34,712 bases of DNA. It comes from Halodesulfurarchaeum sp. Lineage in GTDB: Archaea > Halobacteriota > Halobacteria > Halobacteriales > Halobacteriaceae. Every line of letters starts with the position of its first letter. Position 1 is the first letter of the stretch. Shown here piece after piece: positions 10,782 to 19,942 of this stretch. Both the position numbers and the translations under genes were made by a program. The stretch is taken from the NCBI GenBank assembly GCA_042216015.1, contig JBDGUI010000004.1, forward strand, positions 35,393 through 70,104. Direction: 5' to 3'. The notes under the pieces were generated by a model. The model was not told the DNA's origin, searched no databases, and saw only the letters and a list, made by a program, of their open reading frames with translations.

Positions 10782-10975
10782 CCGGTCGCCGGTTCGGAAC
10801 CGGCGGTGTCCGGCCGGTGGTTCGGAACCGGTGGCGTTCGGCGGATGGGTCGGCACTGATAAATCCGACCGGTGATCCGGAACTGGAGGCGTCCGGCGGA
10901 CGTTTCGGCACTGATGGATCCGGTCGGTGGTTCTGAATTGGTGGTGTTCGGCCGGCGGTTCGGTACCGCTGCTAT
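10782..10975. repeat. Degenerate tandem array, 7 x 27-28 bp (A-A-B-A-B-A-A')
   Basis: A units resemble ccggccggtggttcggaaccggtggcgt; B units are tcggcggatgggtcggcactgataaat and ccggcggacgtttcggcactgatggat. Confidence 0.8.
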
Positions 10976-11122
10976 CCAGGAACGCGAGGGGGGTTCCTGT
11001 AACCCTGTCTCGCGGCGTTTTCGGGGGGGGGGTGGAAAAGGGTTCCACGGCCCGGCTCGTGCCCCTTTGACACCGACGACAGCTATTAAAGCGGCCCATT
11101 CGTCTTTTGAACTGACACGAAC

Positions 11123-12403
11123 ATGGAGGACACGGCGAAATATCTCATCCACGCGGACTTCGTCGCGGATGGCGTCGTCGAGCGCAGCGACGTCGTTGGG
11201 GCCGTATTCGGCCAGACCGAGGGCCTCCTGGGTGACGAACTCGAACTCCGTGACCTCCAGGAGTCCGCCAAACTCGGGCGGATCGACGTCGAGGTCGAGA
11301 GTACTGGCGGGCAGTCACGGGGGACGATCACGATCGCGAGCAGCCTCGACCGGGTCGAAACCGCGACCCTCGCGGCCGCACTCGAGGCGATCGAGCGGAT
11401 CGGCCCGAGTCAGGCCGCTGTCGAGATCCAGCGGATCGAGGACGTCAGGGCCGCGAAGCGCCGGGAGGTCGTCGAGCGGGCGAAGGAACTCCTCGCGACC
11501 GCCTTCGACGAACAGGTGATGGACAGTCGGGCCATTCTCGAGGAGGTCCGGGAGTCGATCAGGGTCGAGGACATCATCGAGTACGAGGGCTTCCCGGCCG
11601 GCCCGCGGGTCGAGGAGAGCGACGCCGTCATCGTCGTGGAGGGTCGGGCGGACGTCCGAAACCTGCTGCGTTACGGGATCAAAAACGCGATCGCCGTCGA
11701 GGGCACGGACGTCCCCGAGGCCGTCGCCGCACTCACCCGCGAGCGAACCGCCACGGCCTTTCTCGACGGCGACCGCGGCGGGGAACTCATCCGGGAGGAA
11801 CTCATGCAGGTCGGCGATCTCGACTACGTCGCACTCTCGCCCCGCGAGCGCTCCGTCGAGGATCTCTCCCGCCAGGAGGTCCACACGGCACTCCAGGAGA
11901 AGGTCCCAGTCGAGGCCCTCGAGACGGGTCAGGAGGCCGAGGGAGCCGATCAGCCCGTACCGACCGTGGGGGGTTCCCAGTCGAGTGTGGAGGGGGGCGG
12001 CGCCGTTGCGCTCGCCGCCGAATCGAGGCCCACTGCTCCCGAGTCGTCCGTCGAGGACACACCGAATGCCGAGGAACAGCCGACAGAAGCCGGCGAGGGG
12101 AGTGCCGAAACCCCAGCTGCCCCCACGCTCGCTGACCACATCGACGCCGTCTCGGGGAGCGAAACGGTCCGGATCCTCGCCGAGGATGCGAGGCAACTCG
12201 ATTCGGGCGCCGTTTCGGCGGCCAAATCGCTGCTCGCCGAGGCCGACCCGGACGCAGCGACCGTCCTCATGGATGGAACCGTCACGCAGAAACACCTCGA
12301 CCTGGCCGCCGAGGGCGGCATCGGCACCATCTATGCCCGGGAGGAGGGAGACATCGTGAAACAGCCCGCGTCGGTCGGGATCCGGTCACTCGCGGATCGC
12401 TGA
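11123..12403 (+). CDS. dnaG: Archaeal DnaG (TOPRIM protein)
   Basis: KYLIHA...GVVERSDVVGAVFGQTEGLLG, TOPRIM VVEGRADV and DGDRGG; TATTAAA at 11084-11090. Confidence 0.95.
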   Translation: MEDTAKYLIHADFVADGVVERSDVVGAVFGQTEGLLGDELELRDLQESAKLGRIDVEVESTGGQSRGTITIASSLDRVETATLAAALEAIERIGPSQAAVEIQRIEDVRAAKRREVVERAKELLATAFDEQVMDSRAILEEVRESIRVEDIIEYEGFPAGPRVEESDAVIVVEGRADVRNLLRYGIKNAIAVEGTDVPEAVAALTRERTATAFLDGDRGGELIREELMQVGDLDYVALSPRERSVEDLSRQEVHTALQEKVPVEALETGQEAEGADQPVPTVGGSQSSVEGGGAVALAAESRPTAPESSVEDTPNAEEQPTEAGEGSAETPAAPTLADHIDAVSGSETVRILAEDARQLDSGAVSAAKSLLAEADPDAATVLMDGTVTQKHLDLAAEGGIGTIYAREEGDIVKQPASVGIRSLADR

Positions 12404-12438
12404 ACCGATACGAACGGAACGTCGGTGGGAACGGGCAT

Positions 12439-13737
12439 TCACACGACGAGCAGCGAGACGAGCGCCCCGGCGACACCGCCCGCGCTCGTGGCGAGGAAGT
12501 TCACGGTCTGGTTGCCAACGTACTGCCCCTCGATCGTCGCCCCGGCCAGGCTGTCGACGGTCATCCCGATGAGCCCGCTCAGGACGATGACCGCCACCCC
12601 GATCGGCGAAATCGGGAGGAACCCGACGGCCAGCAGGCCGGTGAGAGCGGCCCCGGCGAGGCCGGCGAACTCCCCCTGCCAGGTCACCGCCCCGTCGGTC
12701 CCGGGCTCGACCCGTTCGAAGGTGGTCAGGAGGCGTGGATCGTCGAACAGCCCGCCGATCTCGCTCGAGAGCGTATCGGCGAGCGCGGTCGCCACGCTGC
12801 CGGCGAACGCGTAGACCAGCACCACACTGGAGACGGGGAGGCGGGGATGGGCGGCGAAGAAGAGCAGGGCGACCAGCGCGGCGAGCGAGTTCCCGAGGAC
12901 GTTGCCGGTCCCGCGGGCCCCCTCGTTGGCCTCGGCGACTCCCCGGGCCACCTTCTGCTCGTAGCGGAACTTCGTTGCGAGCCCGCCGATGCCGAAGAAG
13001 GCGATCAAGACGACGAACCAGCCATAGCCCCCGAGCACGACGGCCAGAAGCGAGAGAAACACGCCCGTGAGCATGCCCGGAATGGAGGCGGTCTCGAGCG
13101 AGATCGAGAGCCAGCCGAACAGGAAGGACACGAGGAGGGCCACGAAAACGGGGGTCCAGGAGACGCCCACGGCGAGGTCGAAGAGCAGCCACAGAAAAAG
13201 CGTCAGAAAGCCAAGCACGAGCGGGTCGTTCCGGGCGACGAGCACGGATCTGAGCAGGGCCCCCAGGAACGCCCCGCTCGCGGCGACGAACAGGACGTGA
13301 GAGGAGCCTGTCGCTCCGCCCGTCAGCGCTCCCAGGACGAGCTGGCCGACGATTCCGGCTGCGCCACCGGCGAACACGAAGCCGGCAGTCGAGGAGACCG
13401 CCCCGCGGCGGACCCGTTCGACGGCCCGGCGTCCGAGATCCCCGTACCCGACGGTGAGCATCGTGGTCACGTAGACGGGTGGAGGCAGTTCCACGGCCGG
13501 AATCAGGGCGGCGAGCGCCCCGCCCGTGAGCGCGAACGAGACGAGGGTCCGCAGCCGGCCGTCCTGCACGTCGACGGCGGTCGAGAGGGCGTCGAAGAGC
13601 CTTCCCGCCGGGAGGAGGGCGCCCAGAACCGCGATGGAGAGAAAGATCGCCACCGTCCCCCACACCGAAACCGCGACGGCAAGGGACACCGTGGAGAGTG
13701 CCGCGAACGCCGCTGCCCGGGAGAGGAAACGGTTCAC
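12439..13737 (-). CDS. DUF92/TMEM19 family membrane protein
   Basis: Probable GTG start 13737. Motifs RGTGNVLGN, ADTLSSEIG, VEPGTDGAVTWQG, DSLAGAT and VNFLAT. Confidence 0.85.
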   Translation of the reverse strand: MNRFLSRAAAFAALSTVSLAVAVSVWGTVAIFLSIAVLGALLPAGRLFDALSTAVDVQDGRLRTLVSFALTGGALAALIPAVELPPPVYVTTMLTVGYGDLGRRAVERVRRGAVSSTAGFVFAGGAAGIVGQLVLGALTGGATGSSHVLFVAASGAFLGALLRSVLVARNDPLVLGFLTLFLWLLFDLAVGVSWTPVFVALLVSFLFGWLSISLETASIPGMLTGVFLSLLAVVLGGYGWFVVLIAFFGIGGLATKFRYEQKVARGVAEANEGARGTGNVLGNSLAALVALLFFAAHPRLPVSSVVLVYAFAGSVATALADTLSSEIGGLFDDPRLLTTFERVEPGTDGAVTWQGEFAGLAGAALTGLLAVGFLPISPIGVAVIVLSGLIGMTVDSLAGATIEGQYVGNQTVNFLATSAGGVAGALVSLLVV

Positions 13738-13830
13738 ACGTTCGGGGACGTTTCGGGGCGGCTCACTTAAGGTCCTCGAAGCGGGGTGCCGATCCACGCG
13801 GGTTTTGTCCCCGGGCGTGCAACGTTCCCT

Positions 13831-14439
13831 GTGGCCCTCTACGATCGCTATCTCGCGCTCCGGGTCCGGCTGACCGCGGGCGAGCCGCCGGCCCACGTCG
13901 CGCTGGTCATCACCGAGCGGGACCTGCTGGAGCGGGGCGCGTACGGGAGCCTCGAGCGCTTCGTCGAACTGGCCTTCGAGGTCGGGGCCGAGCGGGTGAC
14001 GGTGTACGTGAGCGTCCTCGATTCGGCCGTCCTGGGGACCGTCGAGCGATCGGTTCGACAGCTCGACTTTCCCCGCGAGGTGGCCATCCGGGACCCCCGG
14101 GCGCCCGAACCCGGGTCGGCGCCGATCCAGATCAACCTCGGGCTGGGCGGCAAGGAGGAGTTCGCCACCGCCGTGCGGTCGATCGCCGAGGCCGTCGAGG
14201 CCGGCGAGCTGGATCCCGAATCGATCTCCGAGCGCGACATCGAGGACCGGCTGGTGTTCGCCGACGAGCCCGACCTGGTCATCAAGACCGGCGAGGAGCG
14301 CCTCTCGGATTTCATGATCTGGCAGTCGGTGTACTCGGAACTGTACTTCACCGACGTCAACTGGCGGGACTTCCGCGATCGCGAGTTCCTTCGAGCGGTC
14401 CTCGAGTACAAAAAACGCACGCGCCGGTTCGGGCAGTGA
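13831..14439 (+). CDS. cis-prenyltransferase-like subunit (NgBR/Nus1-type, lacks DGNRR), 202 aa
   Basis: GTG start (MALYDRYL). PDLVIKTGEERLSDFMIWQSVYSELYF, C-terminal RRFG; VITERD replaces the catalytic IxDGNRR. Confidence 0.82.
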   Translation: MALYDRYLALRVRLTAGEPPAHVALVITERDLLERGAYGSLERFVELAFEVGAERVTVYVSVLDSAVLGTVERSVRQLDFPREVAIRDPRAPEPGSAPIQINLGLGGKEEFATAVRSIAEAVEAGELDPESISERDIEDRLVFADEPDLVIKTGEERLSDFMIWQSVYSELYFTDVNWRDFRDREFLRAVLEYKKRTRRFGQ

Positions 14440-14459
14440 ACCCCGGCTCCGGTGCTGTT

Positions 14460-15536
14460 CTAGAACAGGTCCTCCAGTTCGTCGGTCTCGAAGGCCCGCT
14501 TTCGGTCCGGGCCCGTGTCGACCTCCTCGGCCGCCTCGCGTGCCCGGTCCATGAACGACTGGAGCCGGGGCGATCCGGCGATCCCAGAGAGGACCACGAC
14601 GACCGCGATCCGCTCGCTCGAGAGCGGGAAGTCACCGCCCCTGACCAGCATGCTTCCCGTCTCGTCCTCGACCCACTTCCGGGCGCGCTCGACCCCCTTT
14701 CGCGAGAGTCGGTCCGGATCGCCGGCGACGATCACGAGTGCCGACTCCGCCGTCGTCGTCTCGGGAACGCTCATGTCCGTCAATAGCGCCTGGCGGGCCG
14801 TGCTCGTGATGACGTTGACGTTCTCGGCGGGGTCCGGGGAGGCGTCCGCCGCGGCGTAGCCGATCGCGGCCATCGACCCCCGCTTCAGCGTGTTGATCAC
14901 CTCGCTCGAGTCGACGACCGACTCGCCCACACCCTCGACGGCCTCGCCGGCCGCGAGCACCAGTCCGATCCGTCGGGCGATTCGGTCGTTGATGGCCTCG
15001 AAGGACCCGGCGACGGATTCGCCGGTCTGGCGCCAGGCGTCGTTTTCGAGGAGGATCAGCGAGTCGGCCTCCCGGGCGACCGTCTGGACGGACTGCCCGG
15101 CGTTTTGCAGGTAGATCGCCCCCTCGTCCCGGCCCGGCAGGATGCCGAGGCCGTAGACCGGCTTGTCGTAGAGTCGCCGAAGCTCCTTTGTGAGGACCGG
15201 CGCGCCGCCGCTCCCGGTGCCCCCGCCGAGCCCCGCGACGAGGAGGATTGCCTCCGTTTCCGGCTGGACGATTCCGTCGAGACCGGCGAGCACCTCGCCG
15301 ACGTCCGCCTGCATGATGGACGCCCCGAGTTGGTTGTCCCCGCCGACCCCGTGGCCGCTGACGCGGTCCTCCCCGATCAACATCGTCTCCACGTCGAGTC
15401 CCTTGAGGTCTGCGCTCGCGGTGTTCACGGCCAGGACGCCGCGAACGCCGTCGTAGCCGGCCTGGCGGTCGGCGTCCCGGATCGCCTCGGCGACGCGACC
15501 GCCGGCCTGTCCGAGTCCGATCAGCGCGGCTTTCAT
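14460..15536 (-). CDS. cetZ2: Tubulin/FtsZ-superfamily protein CetZ (CetZ2-like), 358 aa
   Basis: Start ATG 15536 (MKAALIGLGQAGG). GGGTGSG signature, GHGVGGDN, GESVVDSSEVINTL, RKGVERARKWVEDETGSMLVRGGDFP; from memory closest to Haloferax CetZ2. Confidence 0.85.
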   Translation of the reverse strand: MKAALIGLGQAGGRVAEAIRDADRQAGYDGVRGVLAVNTASADLKGLDVETMLIGEDRVSGHGVGGDNQLGASIMQADVGEVLAGLDGIVQPETEAILLVAGLGGGTGSGGAPVLTKELRRLYDKPVYGLGILPGRDEGAIYLQNAGQSVQTVAREADSLILLENDAWRQTGESVAGSFEAINDRIARRIGLVLAAGEAVEGVGESVVDSSEVINTLKRGSMAAIGYAAADASPDPAENVNVITSTARQALLTDMSVPETTTAESALVIVAGDPDRLSRKGVERARKWVEDETGSMLVRGGDFPLSSERIAVVVVLSGIAGSPRLQSFMDRAREAAEEVDTGPDRKRAFETDELEDLF

Positions 15537-15630
15537 GGGTAACTTCTCGCAGGGTCGGGACAATAACGTTGGGTACCGATGGTTCCTTGTCGGATCCGTC
15601 CCCGCAGGCTTGGACGACCGGGGACCCCCT

Positions 15631-17754
15631 TCAGGAACTGGCACTCCACCCGGACAGCCTCGTGGTCGCAGTCGGTTCGAGTGCCTTGCGAACGTCCTCC
15701 TCCCGGACTCCGAGCGGCGAGAGGATCGACGCCGCGGCCCGGATCGCCCGATCGTGGTAGAAGCCCACGTCGTAGGTGTCGCCCGGCTCGTGGGCCAATC
15801 GGACCCGGTCCCGCGAGGATTTCTCGTCGTCGACCACGACGTAGTGGACGTCCTGGCCCGGGCTGACGTCGATCCCCTGCACGCGGGAGCGCTCGAGTGC
15901 GGCCACGTTTCGCGTGGACCGGGTGTATGCCTCGAGGGACTTCGAGACCCGGTTCGTGAGCCGGAGCCGATCCGGGTCGACCGTCCCCGTGGCGAGTTCG
16001 TCGAGCCACCGTCGGAGGGTCCGCAGGACCGGCTCCGGGGCCCGGTGCTCGTCGAGTGTCTCGAGCAGCGCGCGCTGGAGATCCCCGACCCACGCACAGG
16101 TCGAGCGCTGGCGCAGTTCGATCCCCCGGACCCTGTAGGGGTCCTCGCCCGGCGCCGGGTCGGTGCGGCGGCCGAAGTACTTCGTGAGCGCCCCTTCCTC
16201 GCCCTCCTTCGTCGGGACGAAGGCCACCCAGTCGTAGGCGGCCTCGTACTCCAGATCGATGTCGGTTTGCGCTGAGACGGTGGCCGCGATCTCCTCGAGT
16301 GGCCGCTGTGCGGCGTCCGCCCGTGGGGTCACCCAGATCGAATCCACGATGCCGTGGAGCACGCGATAGCCGCCCGCCTCGAGGTGGTCCTTGGCCGCGA
16401 GCAGGAGTCGCCGGGCGAAGGCGTTGATGGCCTCGTGGGCCTCGATCCGGCCGAACTTCGCGTTCGAGAAGCCCTGGTAGCCAAAGCAGGAGACGAGGAT
16501 CCACTTGAGCGCCTCCGAGCGCCCCGCCAACGCCGCGCGGCGGTCCGGATCGTCGGTCTCGCGGAGTTCGGCCTTGATCGCCTCGCGATCCGCGATCAGC
16601 GGCTCGAGGACGTCGGGGAGATAGCCCCGCTCCGCACAGATCTCGTAGTCAAGCCCGGGGACCGTCGTCGACTCCCGACAGTCCCCGCGGATCGTCTCCG
16701 GGGAGATGTTCCGGGTGACGATGATGTTCGGGTACATCGAGGCGAAGTCGAGTTCGTGGACGTCCTCGTGGAGGCCCACCTCGGGGGAGAGGGTCGTCCC
16801 GCCCCGATCGGCCGCCTGGAGCTGGGCCATCGTCTTGAATCGCTCGTGGCGCCACGAGCGCCAGGGCACGAGCACGTTCCGCCGGCGGGCCTCCCGGATC
16901 TGGATCGCGGTGAGGACGTTGCCGATGGAGGCCCACCCGAGTTCCTGGAGCGGCTTCCGGGATCGCTCGACCAAATCGAGGACGCCCGCGAGGTTCGTCC
17001 GGCTGTAGAAGAAGGTGTTCGAGCGGTCGATGATGGCCCGACCGGGGACGGCATACCGGGCCGGGGAGTGGCCCACCCGCCCGTAACTCTCGTAGGTGGA
17101 CTGACCCGCGAGCTGCCGATAGCCCGGCTTTCGCCCCACCGAGATCGGCTCGCGGTCGTGGTCGGCGGCCACGTCGAACAGCTGAGGGATCACGTCGGCG
17201 CTCGAGACCACGAGCACGTCCGGGTCGAGGGCCTGGAGCCGGTCGAGGACGGTTTCGAGCACGGCGAGCCGGTCGCCGGTGACCCGCTGGTCGCCGATGG
17301 TGGCCTCGCGGAAGCCGCTTTCCCCGGCCATTTCGGTCACCGGGACGTCGATCGAGAGCGTCTCGAGGTCCCGCTCCGGGACCGGCGAACGGCCCGTCTC
17401 GAGACAGTAGCGAAACTGCGGCGTGAAATCCACGTCGAAGAGCCGCAGCGTGCCGGGCCGGTCCATGTTCGCGATCTGCGGCGCGAGCGCGTCCACGCTC
17501 TCGACGTGGTCCACCTCGACGGCGAGGACCTCGCGGGCCTCGTGTCGCCAGCCCGGCCGCTTTTCGGCGACGGCGACCTTCGCGACGGTCGGGTGGGCCG
17601 CGAGGTTCTCGTGGACGCTCGCGAGCGCCTCCCGGTCCTCGCTGCCGACGTAGATGGTCGGCCGGTAGTCCGCATCGACCGTGGCCGTCGCGCCGTCGGC
17701 CGCTGCCGTCCACCGGCGGACGCGTCCGTCCTCGAGGAAATCGACGGTGAACAT
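15631..17754 (-). CDS. polB2: Family B DNA polymerase, PolB2 group
   Basis: Motif A LDFASMYPNII, motif B LKWILVSCFGYQG, motif C altered to HGIVDS, RGIELRQ; no recognisable intact exonuclease motifs. Confidence 0.9.
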   Translation of the reverse strand: MFTVDFLEDGRVRRWTAAADGATATVDADYRPTIYVGSEDREALASVHENLAAHPTVAKVAVAEKRPGWRHEAREVLAVEVDHVESVDALAPQIANMDRPGTLRLFDVDFTPQFRYCLETGRSPVPERDLETLSIDVPVTEMAGESGFREATIGDQRVTGDRLAVLETVLDRLQALDPDVLVVSSADVIPQLFDVAADHDREPISVGRKPGYRQLAGQSTYESYGRVGHSPARYAVPGRAIIDRSNTFFYSRTNLAGVLDLVERSRKPLQELGWASIGNVLTAIQIREARRRNVLVPWRSWRHERFKTMAQLQAADRGGTTLSPEVGLHEDVHELDFASMYPNIIVTRNISPETIRGDCRESTTVPGLDYEICAERGYLPDVLEPLIADREAIKAELRETDDPDRRAALAGRSEALKWILVSCFGYQGFSNAKFGRIEAHEAINAFARRLLLAAKDHLEAGGYRVLHGIVDSIWVTPRADAAQRPLEEIAATVSAQTDIDLEYEAAYDWVAFVPTKEGEEGALTKYFGRRTDPAPGEDPYRVRGIELRQRSTCAWVGDLQRALLETLDEHRAPEPVLRTLRRWLDELATGTVDPDRLRLTNRVSKSLEAYTRSTRNVAALERSRVQGIDVSPGQDVHYVVVDDEKSSRDRVRLAHEPGDTYDVGFYHDRAIRAAASILSPLGVREEDVRKALEPTATTRLSGWSASS

Positions 17755-18102
17755 TCACTCCCTCGCCCCGGATTCGGTCGGATCGACTTCCCCCTCACCG
17801 GCTGCCGCACTCCCGCCGGAAGCGGCAGCCGTTTCGGCGTCGACCAACGCCGCCTGGAGCGACTCGACCCGCTCCTCGAGTGCGCCGATCCGGCGCTCCT
17901 GCTCCAGACAGATCGAGAGGAGGACGGCGTCCATCGGATCGGACGGGTTCTGGAAGCCGCCCGCGTCGGCGTGGGCCCGGGCGTGCTCCCAGAGCCGGTC
18001 GAAGGGCTCGCGGTTTCGCCGCCGGAGCGTGTGACGGTAGTCGCCCCAGCGCTCCTCGAGGGTGCGGAGCCGATCGCGGTAGGTCGGGTTGGTGCGGCCC
18101 AT
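17755..18102 (-). CDS. Small helical PolB2-associated protein (arCOG07300-like), 115 aa
   Basis: Start ATG 18102 (MGRTNPTYRDRL...YRHTLRR...FDRLWEHARAHADAGG...LLSI). TGATG overlap with the upstream gene; its stop abuts the polB2 ATG. Confidence 0.82.
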   Translation of the reverse strand: MGRTNPTYRDRLRTLEERWGDYRHTLRRRNREPFDRLWEHARAHADAGGFQNPSDPMDAVLLSICLEQERRIGALEERVESLQAALVDAETAAASGGSAAAGEGEVDPTESGARE

Positions 18103-18776
18103 CAGGGACTCACCCGGGCTGTGGATCGTTGCGTTGCCCCCCTCTCGTGGAGCGGCCGTCGGGCCCCGAGGATCCGGGCCCAGTAGGCCAGGGTCGTCTG
18201 TACCGTGGACCCGCCCTCGGGATAGACCAGCGTCTCGAAATCCGCCCCCCGGAATCGCGGACCAAACGCCGTCCGCTCGACCTCGATGACGTCGGTCGCG
18301 AGCCGCTCGACCGGGGCGCTGAACGCGTCCGCGTCGGTCCGGGTCGCGAGGACGGGCAGCCCCTCCTCGCGGGCGTACCGGGCCAGCCGGGAGAGAGTCT
18401 GCAGGAGGAGCGTCTCGGGCTCGGCACCCCGGATGTCCTCGTCCCGGTAGCGGGCGTCGACGGCCGGGACGACGAGGAGCCCGGTTTCCGCTCCCAGTTC
18501 CGCTCCCGCGTTTTGGACCAGCGCCCGGTGCTGGGAGGCCGTGAACCCGCGGGCGATTCGAATGCGGTCGAGAACCCGCCTGGAGGGGGCGACCTCGGCG
18601 AGGTGGCTCGAGATCCCGTGGCCGTTCGCGTCGATCCAGACCGCCGACCCGCCCTCGAGGAGCAGGTGATCGAGCACGAGGGCATGCAGGGGGCCGACCG
18701 CTCGGCCGTCCGTTTCGAGGAGGTGGACCCCCTCGCACAACTGGGGCAGTTCGGGGATGGACCGGGAGTGCTGCAT
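18102..18776 (-). CDS. Degenerate RadA/RecA-fold protein (no Walker A; ImuA-like)
   Basis: AVWIDA, LDRIRIARGFTASQH and LLVVPAVD match the RecA core; no GKT; C-terminal FETLVYP...QTTLAYW. Confidence 0.75.
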   Translation of the reverse strand: MQHSRSIPELPQLCEGVHLLETDGRAVGPLHALVLDHLLLEGGSAVWIDANGHGISSHLAEVAPSRRVLDRIRIARGFTASQHRALVQNAGAELGAETGLLVVPAVDARYRDEDIRGAEPETLLLQTLSRLARYAREEGLPVLATRTDADAFSAPVERLATDVIEVERTAFGPRFRGADFETLVYPEGGSTVQTTLAYWARILGARRPLHERGATQRSTARVSP

Positions 18777-18841
18777 GGGTAATTCGAGGAGTCCCGACCG
18801 GAAAAAGCGGCCACGGACCCTTCCGACCCTTCCGGACCGGG

Positions 18842-19885
18842 TCAGTCCGGTCGCGGGGCGTCCTCCACGAGGCGGTACTCGCGGCGCTGGGCGGCCCCCG
18901 AGGCCGCGAGGAGGTCGTACTGCTCGAGCTTCCGGAGGTACTTCCGGACCGTCCGTCGCGAGCGCGGATCGTCCATCCGCTCGGCATACCGCTCGTAGAT
19001 CGCGCCCGGGCTGAGCGGCCCGGCCGCCGCGAGGAGCTCGTAGATCGCCCGCTGGTGGTCGTTCAGCCGCTCGAGGGTCGCCCGGCGCACGTCGTGGCTG
19101 GCCGCGTCGATCGCCCTCGTCACGTGGTCGGGCCCGATCCGCTCCGTGCCGTCCTCGACGGCTCGGCGGGCGGCGCCCTCGAGTGCGGCGATGGCGTCCC
19201 GAGCGTTGCCGTTCGCGGCCCGGGCGACGTCTCCGAGCAGGTCCGGTTCGATCACGTCGGGCTGGAGGCCGTATCTGGCCCGCTGTTCCAGGATCGGCTC
19301 GAGTTCCGCGGCCGTGTAGGGGGAGAACGTCACGTCGACGAAGGTGCGGAGCCGGGACTGGATCCGCTCGTCCAGTCCGGCCGTCACGCCGGCCCGGTCG
19401 TTCGCGGTCACGACGACCGCGAGGTCCCGCGTTTCGTAGAGGTCATAGAGCACCTCGGGATCGGCGAGCTGGTCGGCCTCGTCGAGGATCACGACGACCG
19501 GCGCCCCGATCTCCCGGAGGGCGTCCTGGAGCGCCGTCGCGGCGTGATCCCGGGCCCGCACCTGCTCCCCCTCGATAGCCTCGACGATCCGGTAGAGCAC
19601 TCGATACCGGGAGTGTTCGGACCAGCAGTTGACGACCGCGGTGTGCAATTCGCCGGCGTGGGCGGCGAGTCTCTCGAGGAGATAGCGGCTACTGCTCGTC
19701 TTGCCCGTCCCGGCGGGACCGGCGAGGAAGAGCCCCGGGGCGGGTTCGCCCTCGAGGATCGGCTCGAGCGCCGTCGCCATCGTGTCGAGTTCCCCGTCGC
19801 GGGAGTGAAAGTCGGCCGGGACCCACTCGGCGCCGAAGACCGCGCTGTCCGCGAAGATCGCGCCTCGATGGGACCGACGGAGCAT
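18842..19885 (-). CDS. cdc6: Orc1/Cdc6 family AAA+ ATPase with C-terminal wHTH
   Basis: GPAGTGKT, VNCW, VILDEADQL, RIQSRL, FSPYT, GNARDAI and wHTH RRTVRKYLRKLEQYDL. Confidence 0.92.
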   Translation of the reverse strand: MLRRSHRGAIFADSAVFGAEWVPADFHSRDGELDTMATALEPILEGEPAPGLFLAGPAGTGKTSSSRYLLERLAAHAGELHTAVVNCWSEHSRYRVLYRIVEAIEGEQVRARDHAATALQDALREIGAPVVVILDEADQLADPEVLYDLYETRDLAVVVTANDRAGVTAGLDERIQSRLRTFVDVTFSPYTAAELEPILEQRARYGLQPDVIEPDLLGDVARAANGNARDAIAALEGAARRAVEDGTERIGPDHVTRAIDAASHDVRRATLERLNDHQRAIYELLAAAGPLSPGAIYERYAERMDDPRSRRTVRKYLRKLEQYDLLAASGAAQRREYRLVEDAPRPD

Positions 19886-19931
19886 GATGGACCGTCGGAG
19901 ATCCTCGGCCTAAACCGACCGCCTACCGGGG

Positions 19932-19942
19932 TGAAAGTGAAA
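19932..19942 (-). promoter_or_regulatory. TTTCACTTTCA DNA-damage/UV-response-like motif upstream of orc1/cdc6
   Basis: Plus-strand tgaaagtgaaa, 47-57 bp upstream of ATG 19885 and upstream of a TTTAGG TATA-like element at about 19909-19914. Confidence 0.7.

Noticed and set aside
10782..10975. CRISPR array (also considered for 2523-2614, 21061-21132 and 28540-28800)
   Set aside because: Units are directly tandem and degenerate with no unique spacers, and there are no cas genes in the window
11015..11042. Canonical ORB element (reverse strand TTCCAC-C-run-GAAAAC)
   Set aside because: Spacing does not fit the ORB consensus and the G-string is in the wrong place; kept only as a G-tract observation
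14460..15536. ftsZ
   Set aside because: Lacks the FtsZ T7 loop (NxDFADV) and N-terminal extension; it has CetZ-type ESVVDSSEVINTL
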